From Bilabrum cf. latius (Eukaryota): a stretch of 64,000 nt of DNA. A program made the translations under genes and the position numbers. The notes beneath the pieces were generated by a model that saw only the letters and a program-made list of their open reading frames with translations, ran no database searches and was not told the DNA's origin. Location of the stretch: contig OZ237738.1 of NCBI GenBank assembly GCA_965178125.1, positions 1,364,001 to 1,428,000 on the forward strand, given 5' to 3'. Of this stretch, positions 48,492 through 60,153 are shown in pieces. The first letter of the stretch is position 1. Every line of letters starts with the position of its first letter.

Positions 48492-48912
48492 TGCCGCGAG
48501 GGCGCCATTCTAGAACGTGCACGCTGGGCACGCCCACGACATCAAGAGAGCTTTCTTTCCGAATTGCTCAGGAGACTGCAGCAGGAGACCTCGGCACTCC
48601 GTTCACCAATACACTACGAAAGCCTTCTGTTGAAAGTGATATCAAATGATATAATACTAAGAGTGCAGCTATACTTCTACACTACTTGTACACCGCCCAA
48701 TTCACGACACACTACCTCGTTCTTGCTAAAATTTGATTTTATAAAGTAAGGTGCTATTCCAACACAAAGGTTATTCATTATCGGTGTCCACCTTGGGGGT
48801 GTGGCAGCAATAGCGGTTGCACATTAGATCTAGATAATACTTTGTGTGGTTTCTTTACCCCACAACTGATTCTAGCATTGCTGTCTTGCTCCCCAACACC
48901 GGCCAGTTGAGG

Positions 48913-49752
48913 ATGATTGCACTCGCTCTAGCCACGCTTACTTACTGTTCAATGGCAGAGGCGCCGCCGCCGCTTCCACCTGGATTGTCTGTTACAATGA
49001 TTGATGAGTTTAGTGGAAGCAGGGTTAACCAATCCATTTGGACTAAAAGCTCGACCTCCCACCTAAATGCGTGCTACGATCCAGCAGCTGTATCTCTGAG
49101 CGCCGGAGTCCTGTCAATCACGGCAAGCTCTACAGTGGGACGGGTTTGTTCCAACGGCGACACGAGAAACTATTCAAGCGGCTTGCTCAATTCAACTGGC
49201 AAGTTCTTCCAGCAATATGGCGTATTTGAAGCCAGATTGAAGCTGCTAAACAACTCTGGAATGGGATTGCACCCGACGTTCTGGCTGCTGGGAGAGGGAG
49301 ACTACTGCTGGCCGAGCATGGGCGAGATCGATATAGTGGAGGTTGCCGGGCGCAACTACAGGCAATCGGGCCACCACACCGAGTATGCCACCAACCTACA
49401 CGCGGGAGCCCCCGGCTGCTGCTCGCACAACTGCTCCATGAACGCGCAGACGTGGCTCGACTGGGATGAGCCTCCAAACCACACTCTCGACGACTGGCAC
49501 GTGTGGTCATTCCACTGGAACCGCACTTCGATGACCACTTTCCTTGACGGGAAAGCCGTGGGCCAGACCACGAATAGCCGGCTCCTGTCGCTGTACTAGC
49601 TGCCCACATATCTTATACTTGGTTTAGCGGTAATGGACGACGGGGATATCCGCCCCAATGGCCACACGTCTCTGCCATACACCGTGCATGCGGACTGGAT
49701 TCGAGTGGCACAGTGGGATGACTACTTGAACCAGACTGAAGGGTCCGGTTGA
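48913..49752 (+). CDS. Secreted glycoside hydrolase family 16 (laminarinase/beta-1,3-glucanase-like)
   Basis: Signal peptide MIALALATLTYCSMA, DEF, YGVFEARLK, PTFWLLG, catalytic EIDIVE. After TAG 49597 come PTYLILGLAV and DWIRV, then TGA 49750-49752. Confidence 0.88.
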
Positions 49753-49824
49753 GTCTGTCGATCGGAGCTTGATCGGATTGTGCCTCGCTAAGCGTCATCT
49801 GTTGCTAAACAGTTTAATCGCGCC

Positions 49825-51121
49825 ATGGCGAAGCCTCCAAGCAAATCGTCAGATAATGAACCAAAATCTCAAGTTAAGATATCAAAAGGCCCCCCGAAGA
49901 GCAAGAAAGTGAAGCCTTGGGTCAGCGGTGAGCTCCTGCAGGCCGGCTGGTTCATTTGTCGGTGCTTGCTGTGTTGGCCACACATCGCTTCCACCGCATG
50001 CAACGATTATGTCCTCACTGCGCAGTGCTTGCGGGAATGCTTGCTGGGATTACGGAAGCTTGTTCGCTATAGCCTCTCGATGTAGCCAAAACCCGTCTCC
50101 AGCTAGACCATGGCGGCAAGTACAAAGGCATGATTGATTGCGTCCGCACCATCGTACGAGAAGAGGGAGTTGCGGCGCTGTACAAAGGACTGACACCCTT
50201 TGTTACGCACTTGACCGTGAAGTACGCCTTGCGGTTCGGCAGCTATAGCTTTTTCAAGCGCCAACTTGGTGTCGTGCCCGGTTCGCCCAACGAAGCTATA
50301 GGCAACTTCACCGCCGGCCTTCTCAGTGGGCTCACGGAAGCTGTTCTGATTGTAACTCCATTTGAAACCGTAAAAATTCGGCTCCGTGAGAACCTTTAGA
50401 AGCAGACCTGAACATGGATTGCTCTGGCCCATCGCTACCAATCTGCTGCGTGCAACGGCCGCTGCCACCCACCGTGCCAGTGGCGCGCATCTGGGATCGC
50501 GTGCATGGACGTGTCATCCTAGCCATGCTATCCAACTTCCTGTTGCCACGAAACTGCGCACCAATTATCACACACCCCCATTAGATGGCCGCAGAAAAAC
50601 AGCGGGGCACAAAGAACCTCAGGCTGCGAGGTCCCATCCACGCCGCCACGACCATAGTAAAGGAAGAGGGGCCCAGGGCCCTGTGGAACGGCGTGGCGCC
50701 CACCATGCTGCGACAGGGTAGCAACCAAGCCTTCAACTTCATGGCATTCGCGTACCTCTCCGAAAAGGTCTTCGGCAGGGTGGAGGGTGACGGCAAGCAG
50801 CAGGCAGCCTGGAAGCCCTTCCTCACAGGCCTCGTGTCATCCACGATTGGGCCCCTGACCAACTGTCCCCTGGACGTGGCAAAGAGCAGGTTGCAGGCGC
50901 AGGAGAACAGAGGGGAGGAGAAGGCCAGGTACCGCGGGTTCGTGCACTGCATCCGGAGCGTGGCCAAGGAGGAAGGCGTGGCGGCCCTGTGGAAGGGGAT
51001 CACGCCCCGGCTGATGCGGCTGGCCCCGGGGCAGGCCATCACCTGGACCATCGTGTAGAGGGTGCAAACCAAGTTTGAGGAGCTGGGAATCGGCTTGGTT
51101 GAGCCGGCCAAGAAGTACTGA
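49825..51121 (+). CDS. Mitochondrial carrier (SLC25), succinate/fumarate or citrate carrier-like; exons 49825-49927, 50026-50385, 50595-51121
   Basis: Three carrier signatures (*PLDVAKTRLQ, PFETVKIRLQ, PLDVAKSRLQ), plus RQGSNQA and RLAPGQAI. TAG at 50070 and 51056; TGA stop. Confidence 0.92.
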
Positions 51122-51565
51122 GCGTGAGGGAGTCGGCGCGGGATCGAGGATGGGGCGGATCGGCGATCGGTCGTCGGATTGTAGTGGGCGTGAGCTGCCG
51201 GTAGATTAGCGGGTGATTGCAGCTGCCTGGACTGAACTTTGCACAGCCATGTGTTTTTTAATAGCATCGTTAGTTTCTCGCGCGTATGATTGTCTGCTCT
51301 TTCGCGGCCGGGAAACCTCGCAGCACAGTGTCCCTCCCGACAAAAAAGCTCATCATCAAGCTTCATCAACTTGCGACCACCAGTCTGTCATGCCCGTCCT
51401 CGTTGGCCGCCGGCGCATTCTACATGCCGCACCTGTCGAATCAGCGCAGCGAGAGGTGCTTCGAGTCAATATTAATTTAAGGTATCGTTTGGTCAGGTCG
51501 TAGTGCTGAGGGGCGCATCCATAAGGTGCCAAGCATCGGTGTCAACGGCTCGCCAACACATTGTG

Positions 51566-54500
51566 ATGGATTTTGGTGGAACGCGAGAGAGTTTCCGCTC
51601 CTACTTGAAGCGAGAGCTTTTTGTAGACCCAGAAGTAGAAGCCAGGGAGAGGGAGCTGCGCCGTGAGGCTGCAATTGCTAAGGAGGCGCATCATGCAATG
51701 CGTGGAACGCCGTCAGCAACAAGACGCGGTCCTAGCTTGCCTGGAGCAGCTGCATAGCCGGCTGCATCAGGAGATCCTAGTGATGGATCTATCGAAGTGC
51801 ATGTGTAGCGCCGACTTGCCCGTGGGATGTACGAGAAACGGGCCATGACTGGCTCATCTCGCCAAGCCGCTAAAGGCGCAAGTCGTGGCCAAATACAGGT
51901 TGCAAAATGGCAATCGGAACACAAAAGTGGTGAGGTTAGCGGGCATCGATCCCAATCGTGGCTGTCTGAGGCACGAACGGTACGGTCCGGCGCGAGCAGC
52001 TTGGGAAGCCCCCTGCAGCGAGCCGGTGCGGGCGTCGCCAGCTCCCCTCATGGCGGTGGCTCCGTGGCGGGATACCGCGGTAGCCGCCGCAGCAGCGCAT
52101 CTCACACCACTGTAACAGATGCTGGGACCCGCCGCGGGTCGACCGGCGGGCTAGGCGCGTCCGCCCCGGCCGGCCGGTCCCCCTCCACAGATCGACCGAA
52201 GCGGCGAAGGCGTAAGGGCGCCGCCCCACCCGCCGGGCACAGGCCCTTCCGAAGGGGAGGGGCGGTGCACCACGACCCCGCCACGGGCAGCTTCCGCCCC
52301 GGTGCCGAGGACCCGGGTCCTGTTCCCCCGCACCCCTCCACCCTTGTCAGGGTGCCCAAGGAGCGCAAGCCCAAACTCGTGGGAGACGACAGACTAGGCA
52401 GCGTGCCCGTGGAGTCCCTCAGGCGGATGCGGTGGGAGGAGCTCCGATGGCTACACGCGCTGCTCGTCCGCCAGGGCAAGCAGGCCAGCGGCCTGGCGGA
52501 GTACCTGTCCCTGGAAGGTGGCATTCGATCCACCCTGTTCGTGGTGAACATGACGGGGTTTGCGGGGGTGCCGGATCGGATCATCGGGGAGCACGCCAGC
52601 GCCCTCTTCAAGAGCTTCGACATCAGCAGGACCGGGATCGTGGACCCGAGGGAGATCCAGTGCTGCCTCCGGGTGATCGACAAGCCGCACGACACGCCCT
52701 CCCAGCTCATGCAGTGGTGCATCCAGTTCTACGCCGTGCGGAGAAAGTCGGACAACACCACGTGCATACCCAGTGACGACCTCCTCTTCCTCCTATTCGT
52801 TCCCTGCGAGTCGTTCGAGGACGAGCAGGCCCTCAAGAGCCACATGCCGGAGCTCACGCAGGCTCTCGAGCGCTTCACGGGCGACCCCTGGCCCAAGCTC
52901 ATCTCCAGGCACTCTCTCAGCCTGGCTCTCAGCGAGAGCCACAAGTTCTGCGACGAGTACAGGAGACAGTGCATGCGCAGGCTGCCGGACGACGTGCGCC
53001 TGGCGATCATGCGCCGCGCCGCCGAGGAGGCTTCCCTGGTGGTGCAGGGCCGCGAGAGGGCCCTTTAGATTCAAAAGGCCGCCCTGTTTTTGAGAGACAA
53101 GATGAACCCCAGGGTGCTGCGGGACCACTTCTTCGCCTGGAGCGAGCACGCCAGGGAACAAGTTGTCATGCGCGCCATCGATGAGATGTGCGATGCGCAC
53201 TTCCGCCAGGCGGGGCTCAGGCGCGGCGTCCGGCAGTGGCGCAGGAGGGCAAGGCTCCCCCGCATCAACGCGATCGCGAAGGAAAGGTGCCCCAAGAAGA
53301 GGCTCATCCGCATGCTGGCCCGCTGGAAGGCCCGCATGCGCTATTTCCGCATTCTCAAGCGCATCGAGGACGAGAAGAAGTCAGAGGAGCTAGCTCTCCG
53401 TGCGGAGCGCGCCTACAAGTGGGCCGAGGGCTGGAGGCTCCGCCGCAGGGTCGAGACGATGCGCGGGATCTTCTTTGCCATGAAGGTTTCCTTGCGAGCA
53501 TACCAGCGGAAGAAGGCCGCCGCCAAGTGGCTGCGCAAGAAGAGGCTGATGCGGACGTTCCTCTCTTGGAAGAGGGAGGTGATCGAGACGATCCAGCAGC
53601 GGATCGACCTCAAGTACAGGTCGGACGAAGCGCACAAGGCGCTCTCATAGAGGCTTAAGGCCGCGGAGGAGCAGGAGCGCGCCGAGAGGGAGGCAGAGGC
53701 GGCTCGCGTGGAAGCAGAGAAGAAGAAGGAGGAGGAGTACGAGGAGATCATGAGGCGGCAGAGGGCCCGAGCCGCGGTGGTGATGGCGTACGACCGGAGC
53801 GCGGCGGCTCTGGCCCAGAAGCGGGCGTTCGAGCGCCAGCGCATGTTCCAGAAGACGATTCGGGACAGCGCGCGGAGGTGGGAGCGCGATTTTCCCGACC
53901 TGCTTGAGCAGGAGCTGGACAAGCAGCGGACCTGGCTGCGCACAACGATCGACGGCAAGGAAGAGTTCGAGAACCACGTCGTGTACACGATGAGCTCGGT
54001 GGAACTGGCCGTGCCCACGGAGCCGCTCAAGACCCTCGACAGTGAAAAGGCGGAGGAGGAGAAGCAAAAGTAGCAGATTCGCGCGGAGCAGGCCAAGCAG
54101 AGGAAAGCTGCGAACCTGTCGGGGTCCGGCATGGCGATGGCGGTTGGCGCTGACGCAGCCATGGCAGCTGCCGACAAGCTGAGGGAGATGTACGGTGGCG
54201 ACGGGGAAGAGGGGGGGGAGGGCTTTGCCATGCCGATCAACGACGTGGAGAAGCTGGACGACCACGGGCTAGACCCGAAGGACCGCTGGCAGCTGGTCTT
54301 CCGATTCGGTGACCTGTGCAGGGCGTGGGTGAAGCAAGACACGGGTGAGGAGATCGGGCCAGCCTCCAACCGGGTGGGCCTCACGCGGATCAACCGCAAG
54401 CTGGGGGAGCGCATCGCGCTGGAGAACTGGGAGGGGAGGAGGGCCAGGCGACTGGCCAAGGAACTGGATGCCACTAAGCAGCAGAGGTACGAGCTGGCCC

Positions 54501-55687
54501 TCCAGGACGCATACGCAAGCGTGATCCAGAGGTGGTTCAGGGCCTACCTGACGGTCCGCTCCTGGAAGCGCATCCGGGAGGAGACACTCAAGGTGTACCG
54601 CAGGGCGCAAATCCGGATCAAGGCGGTGCGGCGCAAAGCCGCGGTCATGGCCGTGCAGTGCTTCTGGAGGTGCGTGAAGGCCAGGAGGGAGGTGCTGCGG
54701 CGACTGCTGGGCCGGTGGTGTCTCATGGGTGACTTCGAGAACGACGTGCCGTTCTACATGAACATGCACACGATGGAGAGCATGTGGGACGAGCCAGGGC
54801 TCGTGCGGGCCCTCGCTCGCCATAGCTGGGACAAGGGCAGGACCCGCCGGGTGCTGATGATGAAACCATCGGCGAGGCACAAGTACTTTGAAATGAACGG
54901 AGGGGACTTGCAGCAGCTGCTCGGTTTCGAGTCGGCCGAAGAGGCAGAGGAGTTTGAGGCCGCTGAGCTTGAGCACGAGCGTGAGGCAGTTGCGAACAAG
55001 AGGAAGCTCCTCGAAAGTACGTCCAATGGTGGGAAAGGCCGCAGCGACTCTGGTGCATCTAGCCGAATCGAGAGCGGCGGCAGCAGTAGCAGCAGCAAGC
55101 AAGGTGCGGGAGACAGCAGTTCGAGGGGTGCTACCGAGGGACCCGCCAGCGGGGCAGGCGCAGACGAAGACCCGGGGGAAGGCCAGGCATCCGACGGAAG
55201 CGCGCATGCTGTCCCGGTGTGGTACCAGAAGTGCATCGACGCAGCCGTGCCAATGTCATCGGCGGCACAGGAGCGCATGGCATCCGTGTACGGCGACATG
55301 GATGAGAGAGAACAGTGGGTTTGCGTCGTGGAAACTGGGGGGGCGTACTTCCAGCACCACCTGTCGGGCGAGGTGAGGCAGTATGCTCCGGGCGGTTACA
55401 TAGTGTGCGAGGAGTGCAAGTCGTACTTTGCCACGTGCTATGCGGATGGCATGGACAAGGTCTTGTGCTCCACGTGCTTCATTTCCATGCACAAGAAGCC
55501 GAGCAGGGTCGCCACGCAGGCCTACCTCGTCCCTCGGGGCCGCTACTGGCACCCGTATCAGGCCCCTGACCACGTGCCTAGGACGCCCTACTAGCTGTTT
55601 GGCGACGAATTTTGCCAACCCCTGGTTGAGATGGCGCGCCCGAAGCCAGAGCTGTTCAAGAAGTACTTCGTGTACGACGCAACGTGA
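51566..55687 (+). CDS. Multidomain protein, ~1,373 aa: EF-hand, Trp-periodic helical repeats/coiled coil, IQ motifs, WW-like and B-box-like Zn finger
   Basis: FDISRTGIVDPRE (EF-hand), VIQRWFRAY and AVQCFWR (IQ), FYMNMHTMESMWDEP (WW-like), CEECK...LCSTCFISMH (B-box-like). Five track ORFs share one frame, joined by TAG; TGA 55685-55687. Confidence 0.75.
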
Positions 55688-56357
55688 TTTGTGGACACCA
55701 GGCCTGGTAGACACATCCAACTGGCATGGTGGATATTCTGTTCTAATACGTTTTGAAGCAATCAATGGATAACCAAAAGCAAACCAGAATACACGTATGT
55801 GTAATTGTCTGAATACACGACCGAGAGGCCCCAGGCCTTGTGCATGCGTTTGTCACACCGCGTGGCCGCAGTGCTCAGCCTGCTTACCGCGCCACGCCTC
55901 GTTCGTGCTGTTATCGCCTCAAGCGCGCTGCTGCTATATCACGCGCCCGCCGTCTGTCAGGCCTCGCCCATGTTGTTGTCACCTCGCGTGCCCAGCGCCT
56001 GTTCCGACGCGTCAAGCATTGCAGCAGAGATCGTCGCGAGCGAAGTCGTGCGCTCTAGCACTGCGCACCTGCCGTGCTGAAATGCCAGTGGCTACATCGT
56101 GGAATAGCAAGGCACCCAAGAGCGACCACCAACGCGAGGCAGTTGCTTGCCGATGATCGGCAGTGCCCATGCTCACCAATGCTGAACTGACTGGCAAGCA
56201 GCATCATTGCTGCTACTAGCTAGGCATCCGAATGATCCGGGTAGGCATGATTCCAGGTGGCCATACCCCTTGTCAGCCCAAGGCAAGTGTGCTTCGAGTC
56301 TTGCTGTCTCCGCGACTCATCAGGTCCACGCCAAGCTGAAACCGTCAGAAGCCCCCT

Positions 56358-59300
56358 TCATGAGCTGAAACCGATGCGATGCAAAGCTTCCTCCGTGCTG
56401 ATGTCCCCTCTTGTTGCGGCTGCAGCCGCACCGCTCCCAGCCCAGGACAGGCTGAGCGGCTGCTCAGACATAGGAAGTGACTACGACGAAGACGACGACG
56501 AGGCTGAGGCCGTGCGAGGCTACCCAGCAGCCGGCGCGGCCCAACTCGGACCGGTACCGCCCACCTGGCTGCTGTCCTGTTCCCAGAAATGGCCCTCGCC
56601 ACCGCGATCACGGGAGGCAGCAGCGTCATCGCCGCCGCGTCGCCGGACTGCCTGCGACTGCCCGCTCGCTAGACTGTAGCCCGAGCCCTAACTCGCGATC
56701 CTGTCCGAGCTGGTATCAGACTGCGACGTGGAGGCCCAGTCAGAGCCACCCGACGCACGCCTGAACAGGGGGTCCCCAGAGACGCGTACCCTCCGCGCCT
56801 GTGCGTGCACCTCCCGCGAAAAGTCATCCAAGTCAGCCGCTCGCAGAGTTGGCTGGTGCAGCAGGCTGCTACCTGGGTTCAAGTACCCGCGACTGGCACC
56901 TCGTTTACCTGAGCGCTTGCGCTTAATCCGCCTTGGTTTGGGGCGGGCGACCCCATCGGGGTCAGTGGCAAGAGCAATGGTGCTTGGCCCGCTGCTAGGC
57001 ACCGAGCTGAACGAGCCCATGTCTATGCGGCCTGTCGAGAACGGCAATTCGTCCGTGTCCATCTCCGCCGACGGGCTCGCGGCCAGCTCGCGGGACCCGC
57101 CCCAATCAGAGGCCGTCAGCTGCCCTGACGACCCGCTGCCCTTCCTCTCGTGCATGGCCAGTCGGTCGAAGCCGTCCTCGCCGATGTCGTCATCCTCGCT
57201 GCCAGCCCCGCTCCCAAGCTCGCCTTCGCCTTCGCTCTCGCTGACAAATTCGCTCTCCCCGTCACTACCGTCCTCACCGTCGCTGCTGCGGTCGCTGTCC
57301 CCGTCCTCCATCTCGCTGCCCCCATGGGTGGCTGCCTGCTGTTTCCAACTCTACCTGCCGAAACCGAAACCGCTGGCATCCCCAAATAGCATCGCTGCTC
57401 CAGTGCCACCCTGCTCCACGCCCCAGCACATGTCCTACTCCTCCCCGCTGTCCTCTCCGCTTTCCTCCCCGCTGTCCTCCCCGCTGCCCTCACCGTCCGG
57501 GTTGTCAGGGTAGTCCTGGCCCTCTGCCTCCGAGTCGTCGGAGCCATCTTCCTCCCCCTCCTCCTCATCACTGCCAATCCTAGCACCTCCGAGCCAGTCC
57601 AGCGCCCCTGCACCGTAGGCATAGTCTCCCACCTCGACAAACCCACCGTCGTCCGGGAGGGCGGTCACAGGGACGACGTTGCCGAACGCCGCCTGCATGA
57701 AGACGTTTCCTGGAAAGGCGCGCGAGTCGATCGGCGAGGATTTCTCCCCGCCCACTACATGTGCATCGAGTCCAGCCACCACACTGTTCCCTGATTCGAA
57801 TATGGAGCTCTCCTGCGCGGCTGCAGAGTGCGTCTCGACGTAGTGGCCAGAGGTGTGGGCCCTGCTGGTGGAGCTGACAGAGTTGACCGAAGTGGAACGG
57901 CTGACGACCTGCCAGGCGTTCGTGCGCTTCAGACGAGGGGCCGGGCTACGGATGGCGGCGCTATCGACTCCGAGGTGCTCCTCCTCCTGCAGCTCCCCGA
58001 ATGCGTCTGGGTCGAGCTCGTACCCGTGTGGGTTGCTTCGGCTCGACCTCCCGCTGCTGCCCGCCCCCACCGTCCTATCCCCGTCCATTCGTCTAGATCC
58101 AGCGCCACCGTACAATCCCCCGGCCGTCTACGTTTTCTTCCACCTGTTTCTGGTGCTGGGCGCAGCCTAGGCATCGAGGCGCCCCGCGCTGCCGCGGCTC
58201 CCCACCGACCCGACTGGGGAGTTAGGCGCTGAGCTGCTCACCACGGACTGCAAAGGGGGACTGTGGGTGCGCAAGGCCAGTCTCACCCCGCCAGCTGCAC
58301 CTTCTGCGCTTGCGTGCCAGTCGTCTCTTTGTCTGTCGCTGGCACCCAGCTGCATCTGCTGCTGCTTTCCTCCTCCCAGCTGGGCTGCCCAGCTCGGTGG
58401 CATGGAGGCCATCATGGTGCCCAGCGGATCCACGACGTAGTAGTCCTCCTCCTCATCCTCGTCGTCGTCGTCGTCGTTGTCGTCATCGTCTCCGTCTCCT
58501 ACCCCGTCATCTTCCTCAAGAGCACGCGCCCCCCCTCTCGCCAGTCGTTGCGGTCCTAGACCGGACCCGGCACCCCCCCCCTTCCTCATCGCAGCCGAGG
58601 CACCATGGGCTTGATCGAGCCGACGGGAGGATCTGGACAGAGCTGCGCCGGGAATGATACTCCGGGCCACGCCAGCACTCGTGGCAATGCTGCCGCTTAC
58701 GTTGGACGACACCCCGCCGGCGGCTGAGGTGAGCTGCTCTGACGCTGTGGTGGGGCCTGCTGCACTCGCAAGGACGCCTACACCTGCCTGAGTTCCTGTA
58801 TAGGGTGCTGTATCGACTGATTGCTCTTGTTTCTCGGCATGACTCTCCAGAAAGGCCTCAAGTTTGAAATGCCCTGCTCTCCTTGCGTACTCGCTTGCCG
58901 TCATCCTCTCGGAGCTCTGCGCAACGGTAGAGGCTCCGTACTTAAGCAGTTGCTCGCACAACTGCTGTAGATTGTGCTTGGCAGCAGCCATGAGAAACGT
59001 TTTCCCCGTCGTTGAATGCGCAAACTACGCGATTTGACATCGCCGGCGCCTCTATTCAGCCGATCGGCTTGCGGAAGCAGCGGGAGGCGAAAGCCACGCC
59101 CGCAGTTCGCTAAATCTGCCTGTCTCGAACATTTTAGACACATAATCGCCCATGCTTACTGGCTTAGGCATCCTCGTATCGCCAGTTTCCTGGTACTCGC
59201 CAACTGCGCTTGCTGGCAAGAGGCCGTGGGCGCCCGAGTGCGATGATCTCCCGCTTAAGGACGAAGCCATGGCCCCGTACTGCTATATTCGCTCCATTAA

Positions 59301-59873
59301 TGTCGCTTGGCGACGTCCAGCTTGGCTACTGCTGGGTATGGCGGGTAAAACGCTGCCAAGCACCGGTTGTTCAGAACTGCCTGCGCGTCTCTGAGCCTAC
59401 TGTGCCTACTCTCGTATCTTCGAACTGATCTTTTGGGCTTCATCATGCAAACGTGTCGCTCGATGCTGCACGTCCTGTTCAACAGTCTGCGTGGGAGCAG
59501 TCTTCCGTCTCGACGCAACTCGACGAAGCACAACCCTTCGAGGTTTTCCTCCGGAGCTGGCGCTTTTTGGAACTCTTGATGCGCTTGATTTATCAACAGC
59601 ACATCCATTTCCCTCTTTTTTGGGTGCAGCCCCTTCTACTTGAGACCGGCTCACGTGGGCTTGCTGCAAGCTTGCTGACACATCCTCGATTGCTCCATCC
59701 AATCGACGGCGCTGCCGTGGCGGCGGCTACTGCTCTTCAATCAATACTACATCGACTGGTTCTCTGGCACGCTTTCGACGCACTTGCACCACTGGTAGCT
59801 AGCCTATTCGCGAAAACTTTGCGAACGACCAGTCCAAACCATTCTGTGCTGGTGCACCTCCCAACTCAGACAT
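56358..59873 (-). CDS. Iwr1/SLC7A6OS-like protein with an inserted ankyrin pair, ~1,171 aa
   Basis: N-terminal VVQVRRKRAREPVDVVLIE, ankyrin pair GKTFLMAAAKHN...MTASEYARRAGH, acidic EDYYVVD and SDDSEAEGQDYPD. One frame interrupted only by TAG; TGA at 56358. Family assignment is from recalled motifs. Confidence 0.6.
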
Positions 59874-60153
59874 CTTCCGAAGCTTTGCGGCTTCAAAAGT
59901 CAATGAGAAATGTGTGTATGGGTTATGGAGTGGAAAGAAGCCGATCCTCTGGTTTTGCTATGCAGCGGTTGTGAATGTGTTCGTGCCCCGAGCGACCAAA
60001 GGTGGACAACTCGCAGCTCAGCTTCGAGCATGAACGGAGTCGCTTCTTTGTGCCTCCTAGATCGCGACTCGAGCGTTTGGCACTCAGAGCAGATTCATGT
60101 AAGCTTGTTCAATATCACAAACACACTGCCGCCCCACAGTCACAGTCCAAGCG

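Noticed and set aside
55688-56357. Small gene in the gap between convergent genes
   Set aside because: The short ORFs lack motifs or obvious codon bias, so I treat the gap as UTR/intergenic.
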